Source of the DNA: Octopus sinensis
Taxonomy: Eukaryota
Assembly (NCBI RefSeq): GCF_006345805.1
Contig: NC_043017.1
Location: 25,296,001-25,360,000, forward strand
Reading direction: 5' to 3'
Length of the DNA: 64,000 bases
Shown here: positions 1 through 11,251 of the stretch, in pieces
How the letters are laid out: every line of letters begins with the position of its first letter
Numbering within the stretch: position 1 is the stretch's first letter
Translations under genes and position numbers: made by a program
Notes under the pieces: model-generated
Told to the model about the DNA's origin: nothing
Databases searched by the model: none
Seen by the model: the letters and a program-made list of their open reading frames with translations, nothing else

Positions 1-230
1 AACCAATCGTGGCTGTTTGCTAGCCTTCTCTGGCTCCTGTGCCGGTGGCATGTAAAAAACATCCACTACACTCACGGAGTGGTTGGCGTTAGGAAGTGCA
101 TCCAGCTGTAGAAATACTGCCAGATCAGACTGGAGCCTGGCGCAGCCTCCTGGCTTTCCAGACTCCGGTCGAACCATCCAATCCATGCCAGCATGGAAAA
201 CGGACGTTAAACGATGATGATGATGATGGT
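1..230 (+). mobile_element. 5'-truncated RTE-LINE 3' UTR (family D) ending in (GAT)n
   Basis: gtggcatgtaaaaa...gtggttggcgttaggaag..catccagctgtagaaa...ggacgttaaacgatgatgat. The same sequence follows an RTE ORF end at 60341-60830. Confidence 0.75.
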
Positions 231-2383
231 TGAAGATATTGTGTCTACTAGGGGTTTGTACTGTCTGTCAAGTCACAACAAAGGACCTCAGGCAGCAAGC
301 TAGCATAATCCATTAGCACACCAGAGAAAATGCTTAGTGGCATTTTTTTACGTCTTTACGTTGTGAGTTCAAATTCTGCTGAGGTTGATTTTTGCCTTTC
401 TTCCTTTTGGTGTTGATGTAATCGACTTACTCTCTCCCTTGAAATTACAGGCCTTATTCCAAAATTTGAAATCATCATCATCATCATCATCATCATTTTT
501 GTTTGCCTATTTATTTATTTAGAGCCAAGAGGACATTTGGTCTTTTGTTTTGTTTGATATTTTGTAATTCAATTAAATATGAAAATTTTTCCCAAAATAT
601 ACAATTCTGATTTTGCAGGAAACGAAACAGAGACACGCACACACGCTCACACACACACACATGCACATTTATACATGTTTGTATACAGAAGCTCACACAC
701 ACACACTCACACATACAAGCACTTACACACACACATGCTCATACTCACATACTGCTACCACAAATGCACACTTGCACGCAAACTTAACGCCTTTTTGGAG
801 ACTTGCAGGTTTTGTTAGTTTTTAACAATTAAATTACTTGCGTTACTCAAATCTCTCTACCATTTTAGATTGTAATTCATTCAAACTGGCCTTCCTTCCT
901 TCCTTCCTGCTTGTCTTCCATCTCCTTCCTTTTGCACAAATCGCAAAAATAAAAAAAAAGAAAAAAGAAAAAAGACAAATGCAAGAACAAAAATCAAAAA
1001 CAAAAACTAGCCCATCGAAAAAACACGAAAACAACAAAATCACAATAACAAAACAATAAGAACCATCCCTTGTGCACCGTGGCCCTACAGATAAAATATA
1101 TAAATATACAATAAATTTGAAATACAATGGAAGAATGAAATTAAATATTATTAAAAAAAAAAAAAAAACCCCCGAAAAGTTTTAAGAATAAAATGGTTAA
1201 ATTCTATGTTAAGACAACAATAATGAGCGAAATAAAAGACAAATGAAACCCCTAAAAATCAAGGAAAAGTTCATTTTTTAAATATATTATGTATGTATTT
1301 GTATGTTTGTAATACATGTATATGGTTGTTTGTTGTTTTGTTGGTTTTTTTTTTGTGTGTGTTTTCTTTTAGATTTCTTCTCATTTCGGTAGGGGCTATT
1401 TTCTTCCTTCCATCTAATTGCTATCTGAATTTCATGAATTTTGAACAAGACTTTTGCAAGTTTTTTGTTAACAAAAACAAAAAAAACAATAAAAAACCAA
1501 AAAAAAAAAAATATAGTCTTGAGATGTTTTCAAGTGATTAATGAATTTTTCTCAATATGAAAGACAACAGCCGATATCATACACACACACACACACGCAC
1601 AGAGAGAGAAAAAAATAAGCCAAACAAAAATAATAAAAACATGAAGAATTTAAAAAACTAAAAAAATTTTTTTTTTGAAATTATGAAAAATAAACTAAAA
1701 AAAAAAGCGGTAATAAAAATAAAAACAAATAAACCTGTTCATGTTTGAATTTATTTCTTAAAGGATTTATGGCAAGTTAAAGTAATTCTAGAAAATGTGT
1801 GCATGTATATATGTTTGTGTGTGTGTGTGTGTATATGTAGTTGTCTGTGAGTACGTGTATGCGTATTCTTGTGTGTGTGTGTGTGTGTGTGAGTATTTAA
1901 TACATCGTACGATTCCTACAATGGTGCGAAAGCTATAAATTTTAAATTTAAACGCTAATATTTTCCATTTTGGAAAACGACCTCTGCCATTTATTGGGAA
2001 ATATGTCTTCGAGGCTTGTATGTTATGTTTATTAATAGAGTTGTCGAGCCAAAGAGGTTAGCATGCCGACAACAACACCGAACGTGGTTGAGACGGGTGG
2101 GGTGGAGGGCGTTGTGGTGGGGGCGATGGCAGCGGTGGAAGAAGAAGAAGAAGATAAAGGAGAAGAAGAAGAAGATAAACAAACTTACCTAAAACCCAAG
2201 CTGAATAATGGCCATCCTGAGCAGATGTTGGCGGCAAGATGGATGAGGTGGATATTTCAGATGAATGAATAAATGGCCAAGTTACTAATTGGTCATTCTG
2301 TGTGTGTGTAGTTACAGCTTAGAGTTCTATTTCAAGTCATATATATTATATATATTTCACCAACATGTATGTATGTGTGTGTG

Positions 2384-2424
<41 letters not shown>

Positions 2425-2430
2425 GTATAT

Positions 2431-2583
2431 AGGCTCAGGAGTGGCTGTGTGGGAAGTAGCTTGCTTACCAACCACATGGTTTCGGGTTCAGTCCCACTGT
2501 GTGGCACCTTGGGCAAGTGTCTTTTATTATATCTTTGGGCCGATCAAAGCCTTCTGAGTGGAAACTGAAAGAAGCCTGTCGTA

Positions 2584-2624
<41 letters not shown>

Positions 2625-2664
2625 TATATGTGTGTGTGTATATGTTTGTGTATATGTATATATG

Positions 2665-2722
<58 letters not shown>

Positions 2723-2940
2723 ATATGTTTGTGTGTCTGTGTTTGTCCCCCTAGTGTTGCTTGACAACCGATACTGGTGTGTTTACGTCCCCGTAACTTA
2801 GCAGTTCAGAAAAACAGACCGATAGAATAAGTACTAGGCTTACAAAGAATAAGTCCCAGGGTCGATTTGCTCGACAAAAGGCGGTGCTCCAGCATGGCCA
2901 CAGTCAAATGACTGAAACAAGTAAAAGAGTAAAAGAGTAT
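2431..2940 (+). mobile_element. tRNA-derived SINE family B (CORE-like centre, internal microsatellite, (AAAAGAGT)n tail)
   Basis: A-box-like gtggctgtgtgg, B-box-like gggttcagtccc, CORE-like caccttgggcaagtg, tail aaaagagtaaaagagta. More than 10 copies in the window. Confidence 0.85.
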
Positions 2941-2960
2941 ATATATATATTATATATATG

Positions 2961-3272
2961 TGGAAACGCAATGGGCCAGTGGTTAGGGGAGGGGACTCGT
3001 TGTTGTAGGTTCGCGGTTTCTATTCCCAGACTGGGTGTTGTGAGTGTTTATTGAGCGAAAACACCTAAAAGCTCCACGAGAGTCCGGCAGGGGGTGGTGG
3101 TGATCCCTGCTGTACTCTTTCACCACTCTTTCTCTCACTCTTTCTTCTGTTGGCCTGCTCGCTTAGCCAGTGGGGTAGCGTCATTCAAAGGCTAAAACAA
3201 TGCGAAGTGCATTGTGACTAGCGATGTGTAGCAACATCGGATAGCCTGGTCGGTCATGGTGATCACGGTGAT
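2961..3272 (+). mobile_element. tRNA-derived SINE family C, tail type 1
   Basis: tRNA-like head atgggccagtggttaggg...ggtttctattcccagac. Body shared with 46926-47204 and 63197-63499. Confidence 0.8.
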
Positions 3273-4097
3273 ATACACACACACACACCACACAATCACT
3301 TAAATGTCTATGCATATGTATGTGTTTGTTTGTTTGTGTGTGTGTGTGTGTGTATGTATATATATATATATATATATATATGTAGGTCCCGGGTTGATTC
3401 GGGGTTAACCACAGTAAATAAGGTACTCAATACATAGCAGAGTAAAATTAATTCCTGATGATTTCTCTTGAATGAAACAGTTCTAGTCCTGTAGAAGCTC
3501 CTTCTATATAATAAATATATATATATATATATATATCTTCCAACGTGTGTGTATACCCATACAGACACACATAAATGTATGTATATACACACAGGTACAG
3601 ACATGTGTATATTAATTTTTCTGCTATTTATTAAAACTGTAAAGATTGCTTTACAAACTGTTGTGAAGATTTTTTTTAGCTCCAATAAACAGCATATTAC
3701 TCTGCCTTTGGTATTCGAGTACTATTTTTTCCACCTTGTTTTGCATCTATGTGCTTGTGTGTCTTAATATATCTATGTGTATATATTATATATATATATA
3801 TAAAAATGTGTGCATCTACAAATGTACATATAAATACATGTGCATATATTCATGTGTAAACACACACATACTCAGACATACATATACATGTATACACATG
3901 CATATGTACAAGCCTGTTGTATATATATGTGTGTATGTATGTTTGTATTTGTCCTCACCACCACTGCTTGACAACCGATGTTGGTGTGTTTACGTCCCTA
4001 TAACTTAGCAGTTTGGCAAAAGAGGCTGATAGAATAAGTAGCAGGCTTACAAAGAATAAGCCTTGAGGCCGATTTCTTTGACCGAAACAAATAAAAG

Positions 4098-4136
<39 letters not shown>

Positions 4137-4137
<1 letters not shown>

Positions 4138-4350
4138 GTTAATCCAAACATGAAAACACAAAGAGAAAACACAACAACGTGGGGACGTGGAACAAGTATA
4201 GTATTATTGAACACTCAGGAAGGAAGGGAAGAAGGAAGGTTTAACGTGTCGAGTGGAGCTCTTCGTCGGAAGCATAGGAGAAGGAAAGATCCAAAGAAGG
4301 GAAGACGGAGGAAAAAAATCGCCAACGGTACACACGCGGTCACATTTTGT
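4137..4350 (-). mobile_element. Short (TA)n-flanked Penelope-like element with a degenerate hammerhead-like motif
   Basis: Same ~210-bp sequence occurs at 10978-11205, 12217-12425 and 45942-46610. The minus strand reads CCGACGA-A-GAGC-TCC-ACTC-GACAC-GT-T-AAAC at 4239-4273. Confidence 0.6.
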
Positions 4351-4684
4351 GTATATATATACACACACACACACATATATATATATATACATATATATAT
4401 TCAGAGAGAGAGAGAGACACGCACACACACAGAGGGAGAGAGAGAGAGAGGGGTACATATATTTCTGTATGTGTATTTTATTGGTTTTGGTCTTTGGCCA
4501 TGTTAGGGCACCATCTTCAAAGGTTTCTTTTTTTTTTTAGTCCCTCATATGGACTCCTTACTTCCTGCTACACTTATTGCCGTCAAGTATTTATTTTATC
4601 AGTCTCTAGTTTTGCTGTACTGCCAAGTTTATAGGGTACACACAACAACACCAGTTTTGATTTGACCGGTATAAACAAAGATAC

Positions 4685-4975
4685 TACTACTACTACTACC
4701 ACCACCGCCGCCGCTGCTGCTGCTACCACTACCACCACCATCACCACCACCACTACCACCACATCCACTACTATTTCTTCTACTACTACTACTACTGCCG
4801 CCACAGCTGCTGCTGCTACCACCACCACCATCATCACCACCACCACCACCACCACCACCACTACTACTACTACTGCCGCCGCCACCGCTTCTGCTGTTAC
4901 CACCACCATCACCACCACTACTACTACTATTTCTTCTACTACACACACGCGTGCGCGCACACACACACACACAGA
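4685..4975. repeat. (ACT/ACC/GCT)n trinucleotide microsatellite mosaic
   Basis: Direct reading. It is the source of the poly-T, poly-V and poly-G/S ORFs. Confidence 0.95.
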
Positions 4976-5115
4976 CACAGCAGTATGTATTTATTTAATG
5001 CTATGTGACTCTTACAAGATTGGCTCTGTTGCACTCACGGAGAAATTGTTTAAAACTCTTTGAGGCTTTCTGCTTGAATGTAACAGTACTAGTCCTGTAA
5101 AGGCCACTTACCCAT

Positions 5116-5295
5116 AACCCTTTGGCATTTAAACTGGCCAAAATATCCGATCTATTTTATGCTCAAACTGGTCAAATCTAAACGCTCACACCTATACTAC
5201 AATGTCATTCTAAAAATAACAATCGTATCAGGAAAATCTTGAAGCTACAAAAATAATGGTCAATTCAAAACAATGTAGGTGAATAAAGGGCTTGG
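5116..5295 (+). mobile_element. Partial piggyBac-like MITE
   Basis: taaccctttggcatttaaactggcc...; same body as 59500-59719. Confidence 0.6.
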
Positions 5296-5395
5296 ATAAA
5301 GGGTAAAGACCCCCTTTGGTCATGAATGACCATGGGATTGCACCTTGGAAGTTCCCTTCTGTGACACAAGTCTGGGCAAGGTTGTATATGGGAGA

Positions 5396-5810
5396 CGGCG
5401 GCGAGCTGGCAGAACCGCACGCCGGGCGAAATGCGTAGCTGTATTTCGTCTTTCGTTACATTGTGAGTTCAAATTCCGCTGAGGTCGACTTTGCCTTTCA
5501 TCCTTTCGGGGTCGATAAATTAAGTACCAGTTACGCACTGGGGTCGATGTAATTGACTTAATACCTATGTTTGTCTATGTTTGTCCCCTCTATGTTTAGC
5601 CCCTTGTGGGTAATAAAGAAATGGGTATTTCGTCTGTCGTTACGTTCTGAGTTCAAATTCCGCCGAGGTCGACTTTGCCTTTCATCCTTTCGGGGTCGAT
5701 AAATTAAGTACCAGTTACGCACTGGGGTCAATGTAATTGACTTAATCCATTTGTCTGTCCTTGTTTGTCCTCTCTGTGTTTAGCCCCTTGTGGGTAGTAA
5801 AGAAATGGGT
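5396..5810 (+). mobile_element. tRNA-derived SINE family A, head plus two tandem ~184-bp bodies
   Basis: ggcggcgagctggcagaa (A box), gagttcaaattcc (B box). gtatttcgtc occurs at 5441 and again at 5625. Confidence 0.85.
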
Positions 5811-6026
5811 ATGCATGGGCGACTGTTAGTCTTGCCCTGGACTTGTGCCTCGGAGGAGAACTTTCTAGGTTCAGTCCCATGGTCATTCATGACCAAAGGG
5901 CATCTTTACCTTTTTACACTTTTTACCACTTAATTCCACAGTCTTACAACTATTTATTTATTATTGCATTATACCCGTGTGAGAAATCAATATTTTAAGG
6001 TTGAAATTATTTTGGATTCATTCTAG

Positions 6027-6072
6027 GTATGTTTGGTGATGGAATATGCAGAAGGTGGCTCCCTCTACAATG
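6027..6072 (+). CDS. MAP3K7: MAP3K7/TAK1 internal exon (46 bp): VCLVMEYAEGGSLYN, kinase hinge/gatekeeper
   Basis: ttctag|GTATGT...AATG|gtaagc. The translation matches the TAK1 segment VCLVMEYAEGGSLYN. Ends in phase 1 and joins the next exon in frame (G+TT=V). Confidence 0.95.
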
Positions 6073-6244
6073 GTAAGCTATGTTTTTTTTTTAATTCAAT
6101 ATATTGTTTTCTTTTATTTCATCTGCATAGAATTATCGTGAACTGTAAAAATTGTGTGTCACATGACATGATTAATGTGTGATATAACCTGATAATGTTT
6201 TCATGTTTTATCTCATCAATGGTGACGTTAAATCCATCACTGCT

Positions 6245-6580
6245 GTTACAGCAGCTTCCTTAGGCAAGACACTTAACTATACTTTCTCTAATCTGCCTAT
6301 CTGAAGTTGGGTATTTGTTCCACTTTTTTTTCCCTTCTGTAATGGAATGACATTGGATTCGAGGTTGACTCTTGATAATCGATGAACAAAGCTCGTTATC
6401 AGTTTGCTTTAGTTACAATAGCTTCCTTAGGCAAGACACTTAACCATATTTTCTCGACAATCTACCTATCTGGAAGTCAAGTATTCTTTCTACTTTTTTT
6501 TCTCTTCTCTAATGGAAAGACAATGAGTTGAAGGTTGACTTTGATGATTGATGAAGAAAGTTCATTATTAGTTTGCTTCA
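6245..6580 (+). repeat. Diverged ~167-bp tandem duplication containing a CORE-SINE-like motif
   Basis: gcttccttaggcaagacacttaac at 6254 and 6421, with homologous downstream sequence. Confidence 0.7.
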
Positions 6581-6749
6581 GTTTAATTGTAAGTTCAAAT
6601 CTAGGGCTCAAAGATGCGTTAAGATCTAAGCTCAGTGGTGACCTGCACTCTTCCTGTATTTCCTATATTATAGAGGTTCCTCAACGTTAATAGTGATGCT
6701 TTTCATATTTTCTATTCTTAAGTATAAAAAAAACCAAAACATTTGAGCA

Positions 6750-7000
6750 AGGGCGTTGCCAGTGCCGCTGGACTGGCTCCTGTGCAGGTGGCACATAAAA
6801 AGCACCATTTGAGCGTGGCCATTGCCAGTACCACCAAACTGGCCCTCGTGCCGGTGGCACGTAAAAGCACCCACTACACTCTCGGAGTGGTTGGCATTAG
6901 GAAGGGCATCCAGCTGTAGAAACTCTGCCAGATCAGATTGGAGTCAAATTGTCCAACCCATGCTAGCATGGAAAGCGGACGTTAAACGATGATGATGATG
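6750..7000 (+). mobile_element. RTE-LINE 3' UTR (family D)
   Basis: Two gtggcac.taaaagcacc repeats, aggaagggcatccagctgtag core, (gat)n tail. Confidence 0.75.
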
Positions 7001-7039
7001 AACATTGTAGTCACACAATTAAGAAAACTGTGAAACAGT

Positions 7040-7375
7040 ACAGCAAGTAAATGTTAGCCTTACCTAACCTCTATCTTAATACTGAAGGGCTTAAGCTTTC
7101 TGCTTTTCCAATAACAACTGAAGCCAACAGCTGTATACAGACATGTTGGAGGAGATTCACAAAGTTTGGTAGGCAACCAAAGTATCTGAGAACATCCCAC
7201 AGAAGTTCCTTGATTACATTATCGGTACCTTTTGAAAGATCCATAAATCCAATGGACAGATTCTGAAGTTGTTTCCTGCATTTCTCTCGACACTACTTTG
7301 TAATAAAGATCTTGCTGTCTGTGCTTCTCTCCCTGCTGTTATTGTCCTCCGATTCACCTGTAATATTTTCAGGTA
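7040..7375 (-). mobile_element. Degenerate RTE (BovB-like) reverse-transcriptase fragment
   Basis: Minus-strand translation includes EKCR..QNLSIGFMDLSKGTDNVIKELLWDVLRYFGCLPNFVNLLQH, resembling RT motif FIDLTKAFD.V.R..LW..L...GCP. Contains frameshifts and stops. Confidence 0.65.
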
Positions 7376-7384
7376 TTGATCGAT

Positions 7385-7770
7385 CTTTTACTTGTCAAAG
7401 AAGCCTGAGAGGCGGTTGGATGGAACCTACACTCGCTTCCTTATGAGAGCTCAAAATCTCTTGTGGAAGCGTCATCCAACCAAAATGCAAATATATGGGA
7501 AACTACCACCTGTGTCATCTCTTGTGAAAGGTAGGAGAGTCCAGTTTGCTGGACATTGTTGTAGAACTGAAAACGAGGCAATTTCTACTCTTCTCCTCTG
7601 GAAGCCATCTACTGGCGATACCAGAGGGCGCACACTCGCCTACCCTGATGTAATCTCCAGGGATACAGGCATCCAGCAACAGGACCTCCGTAATGCTATG
7701 ATGGACCGTGAAGTCAGGCGTAGCATGGTAAATTCCATTGTCTTGACTACGGTCGAACAATGATGGTGAC
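7385..7770 (+). mobile_element. RTE-clade LINE ORF C-terminus and 3' end
   Basis: ORF 7392-7763 LDGTYTRFLMRAQNLLWKRHPT..IYGKLP...RRVQFAGHC..LLLWKP...RGR is a typical post-RT RTE region. Ends in a tgatgg short-repeat tail. Confidence 0.8.
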
Positions 7771-7873
7771 TTGTCCAAATGCATTTCATAAGTTTGTCTG
7801 AAATGTTAATGCTTGTTTTCAAACTTTTAGTTAGCCTTGTTTGATATGTTCATTATGATGATGATGATTATCA

Positions 7874-8129
7874 TCATCATCATTGGTATGAGTTGGCGGC
7901 GAGCTGGCAGAATCGTTAGCACTCCGGGTGAAATGCTTAGCAGTATTTCGTCTGCCGTTACATTCGGAGATCAAATTCTGCCGAGGTCGACTTTGCCTTT
8001 CATCCTTTCGGGGTCGATTAAATAAGTACCAGTTACGCATTGGGGTCGATGTAATCGACTTAATACCTATGTCCGTCCTTGTTTGTCCCCTCTGTGTTTA
8101 GTCCCTTGTGAGCAATAAAGAAATAGGTA
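7874..8129 (+). mobile_element. SINE family A monomer
   Basis: Full head, B box, ends in aaagaaataggtat. Confidence 0.85.
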
Positions 8130-8336
8130 TGAATTGGATGGTTTGACTGGAGCTGGCAAGCTGGAGGGCTGCACCAGGCCTCAGTCCTCTGTTTTGGCAT
8201 GGTTTCTATGGCTGGGTGCCCTACCTAACACCATCTCTTCTACAAAGCGTACTGGGTGCTTTTACATGGCATCAGCATGAACACCTGTTTGCTAAAATAT
8301 TTTATGTATTGTAGAAATAAATCCAATTTATTGTAT

Positions 8337-8729
8337 AGGTGTAGGAGTGGCTGTGTGGTAAGTAGCTTGCTTACGAACCACATGGTTCCGGGTTCAGTCC
8401 CACTGCGTGGCACCTTGAGCAAGTGTATTCTACTATAGCCTCAGGCCGACCAAAGCTTTGTGAGTGGATTTGGTAGATGGAAACTGAAAGAAGCTCGTCG
8501 TATATATGTGTGTGTGTGTGTGTGAGTATATGTGTGTCTTTGTCCCTCCAACATTGCTTGACAACTGATGCTGGTGTGTTTACATCCCTGTAACTTGGCA
8601 GTTTGGTAAAGGAGACCGATAGAATAAGTACTAGGCTTACAAAGAATAAGTCCTGGTGTTGATTTGCTTGACTAAAGGCGGTGCTCCAGCATGGCCACAG
8701 TTAAATGACTGAAACAAGTAAAAGAGTAA
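8337..8729 (+). mobile_element. SINE family B
   Basis: Full head to aaaagagtaag tail. Confidence 0.85.
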
Positions 8730-8759
8730 GATTATAATTTTTAATGACAAAACCTTATA

Positions 8760-9140
8760 TGATCATCTTCACCATGGGTCATATGGACTCTGATTGAAAA
8801 CTACAGGTTCATGCCATCAGGTATGGTAGTATGGTACCAAGGTATATCCAGCAGAGTGGGCCTGCAAAATGTCTCTCAGACGTACAATTGCTCTGAAACC
8901 TCCCAACAAGTCGAGCTGGTGCCACAATGCATTGAGTTAATTGTGGTCATGGAGAGGCCTGGTTGTTAATGTTGGACATGTGGTGGATGTGTACAGGCAT
9001 GGATAACTCGTATGCCAGGCAGCTTCCAGCATCATGTCGTGTCTCACATTGTGGCAGTGTGCTGTAAACAAGAGGACCTGCAAGCAGTTCTGCAGTGGAG
9101 GCATCGCATCACCCATATTACACAACGCTATTACTATGCG
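8760..9140 (+). mobile_element. Highly degenerate RTE (BovB-like) C-terminal fragment
   Basis: Frameshifted RAG..CIELIVVMER..VGHVV/MDNSYARQL and LWQCAVNKR resemble RAG..SIE.....LRW.GHV.RM.D.R.PKQL. Confidence 0.45.
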
Positions 9141-9189
9141 TCCCCATGCATACACATACATAACTCTATTTATATTCATTTACATACGC

Positions 9190-9308
9190 ATACACACGTG
9201 TGTGTGTGTGTGTGTGTGTATATTTATATATACGTGTATGCATGTATTTATACATAAGTACAACAGACATAAATTTAGACATGCATATATACACACATGT
9301 ATTCACTT

Positions 9309-9350
<42 letters not shown>

Positions 9351-9391
9351 TATATATAATATATATATATATATATGTACATTATATATAT

Positions 9392-9430
<39 letters not shown>

Positions 9431-9465
9431 TACACATGTAATATATATACAGACACATGTAAATG

Positions 9466-9505
<40 letters not shown>

Positions 9506-9581
9506 ATTATATATATATATATTACACATGTAATATATATACAGACACATGTAAATGAGTGTGTGTGTGTATATATATATA

Positions 9582-9612
<31 letters not shown>

Positions 9613-9860
9613 CACACACACACACTCATTTACATGTGTCTGTATGAATACATACACTTGTACTTATGCATAAATATATACACATATTACATGTTTGCAT
9701 ACAACCATAATCACACCCATGAGCACATGTACACTTTGTATACCTACATACACATGTACATGCACACACACACACACACATACACACACATACACACACA
9801 CATACACACACACATAGGCATGCTTACTAACAAACTTAATCACATACACACACACATACC
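9190..9860. repeat. (TA)n/(TG)n/(CA)n composite microsatellite with an internal tandem duplication
   Basis: tacacatgtaatatatatacagacacatgtaaatgagtgtg is repeated near 9432 and 9523. Confidence 0.9.
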
Positions 9861-10707
9861 CGGACACCCACCCATCCACCCACAAACACGAAAGACATTA
9901 ATAAGTTATATAGACTTTAAGCAGTAAATTTTGAGTATACAAGTAAATAATGTACTATCAGCCGTTAAGAGAATAGTGTCAATTTTATCTCACAGGGGTG
10001 GGGGGTGGGGGGTCTGGTGCCGGGTGGTGGGTGGTGGTCATGGCAATGCTGAATGTGTGCGGGTGGTGGTGGTGGTGGGTGAACTGTACAACATGTCTGT
10101 TTTGAAAATATGATCAAAGAGATTTCAGTTATGACAATGGCTGGTCATGGCTGGAATACCCTTTGATCAGAAGTCTGTGTGATCAGTGGGGGTTGCTGCC
10201 CTCTGGAGAAATAAACATCGACAACAACATCGTTACTTTTATCTAGTTTCACCTTCCACATCATCTTCACCGCCACCACCAACACCACCACTACCACTGT
10301 GCCGCCGCCTACACCACCACCTTCAATTTCTTCACCTTGTTTACTTCCTCCACCACCTCCTTTTCTTTCTTCTTCACTGTCTTCTTAACCATCTTTGCCT
10401 CCTCCTACTCCTCCTTTTTCTCCTCCTCCTCCTCCCTTCTCCTCCTCCTCTTCCTCCTTCACTTTCTTGTATACTCCTGTGCACCCTTGTCTTTGACATC
10501 ATGTGATTGTTGTAATGAAGAGCACGTGTTCGTTTTCAGTATTTCGTAAAAAAATAATTTCTGGTCATGGGGAAATATTACCTTACTTCGAAATGAGCGA
10601 GGGTTGGTGACAGGAAGGGCATCCAGCCGTAGAAATTCTGCCCCGGCAAATTCTATCTGACCATTGGACATATGGAAAAACGGGTATTAAAATAATGACG
10701 ATGATTG

Positions 10708-10911
10708 CGAGGGGGGTCCTGAAAAGTTCCTAGCTTTAAGGGTATTGCGAAAGGCCTGGTTGGAGCACCAACCTTCTGAGTTCTTTTACAGGGTTTAGAA
10801 AAACTGAAGGTCTGCTCCGATAAGTGTGTGAATCTGAGGAAGGAATATGTTTAATAAAATCATAATTAACTGATCCTCTTGTATTTTCTTTTACCCAAAG
10901 CTCGGAACTTT
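10708..10911 (+). mobile_element. Internally deleted mariner relic
   Basis: Left TIR cgaggggggtcctgaaaagttcctagcttt; right inner TIR aaagctcggaacttt (10897-10911). Internal LQGLEKLKVCSDKCVNLRKEYV* matches the mariner transposase C-terminus (G..KL..RW.KC....GEYVE*). Confidence 0.8.
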
Positions 10912-10977
10912 GTGTGTGTGTATATATATATGTAGTGTGTATATTATATATATATGTAGTGTGTATGTATGTATATA

Positions 10978-11201
10978 TTTCCTTCCGGTCATTCAAAATG
11001 TGACTGCGTGTGTACCATTGGCGATTTTTTTTCCTCTGTCTTCCCTTCTCTGGATCTTTCCTTCTCCTATGTTTCCGATGAAGAGCTCCGCTCGAAACAT
11101 TAAATCCTCCTTCTTTCCTTCTTTCCTGAGCATCCAATAATACTATATTTGTTCCACGTCCTCGCGTTGTTGTGTTTTTTTGTGCTTTCTTGTTTGGATT
11201 A

Positions 11202-11205
<4 letters not shown>
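10978..11205 (+). mobile_element. Short Penelope-like element, hammerhead-like motif on the + (pre-mRNA sense) strand
   Basis: gttt-CCGATGA-A-GAGC-tcc-GCTC-GAAA-C-AT-T-aaat at 11071-11105; flanked by (TA)n. Confidence 0.65.
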
Positions 11206-11242
<37 letters not shown>

Positions 11243-11251
11243 TGTATATAG

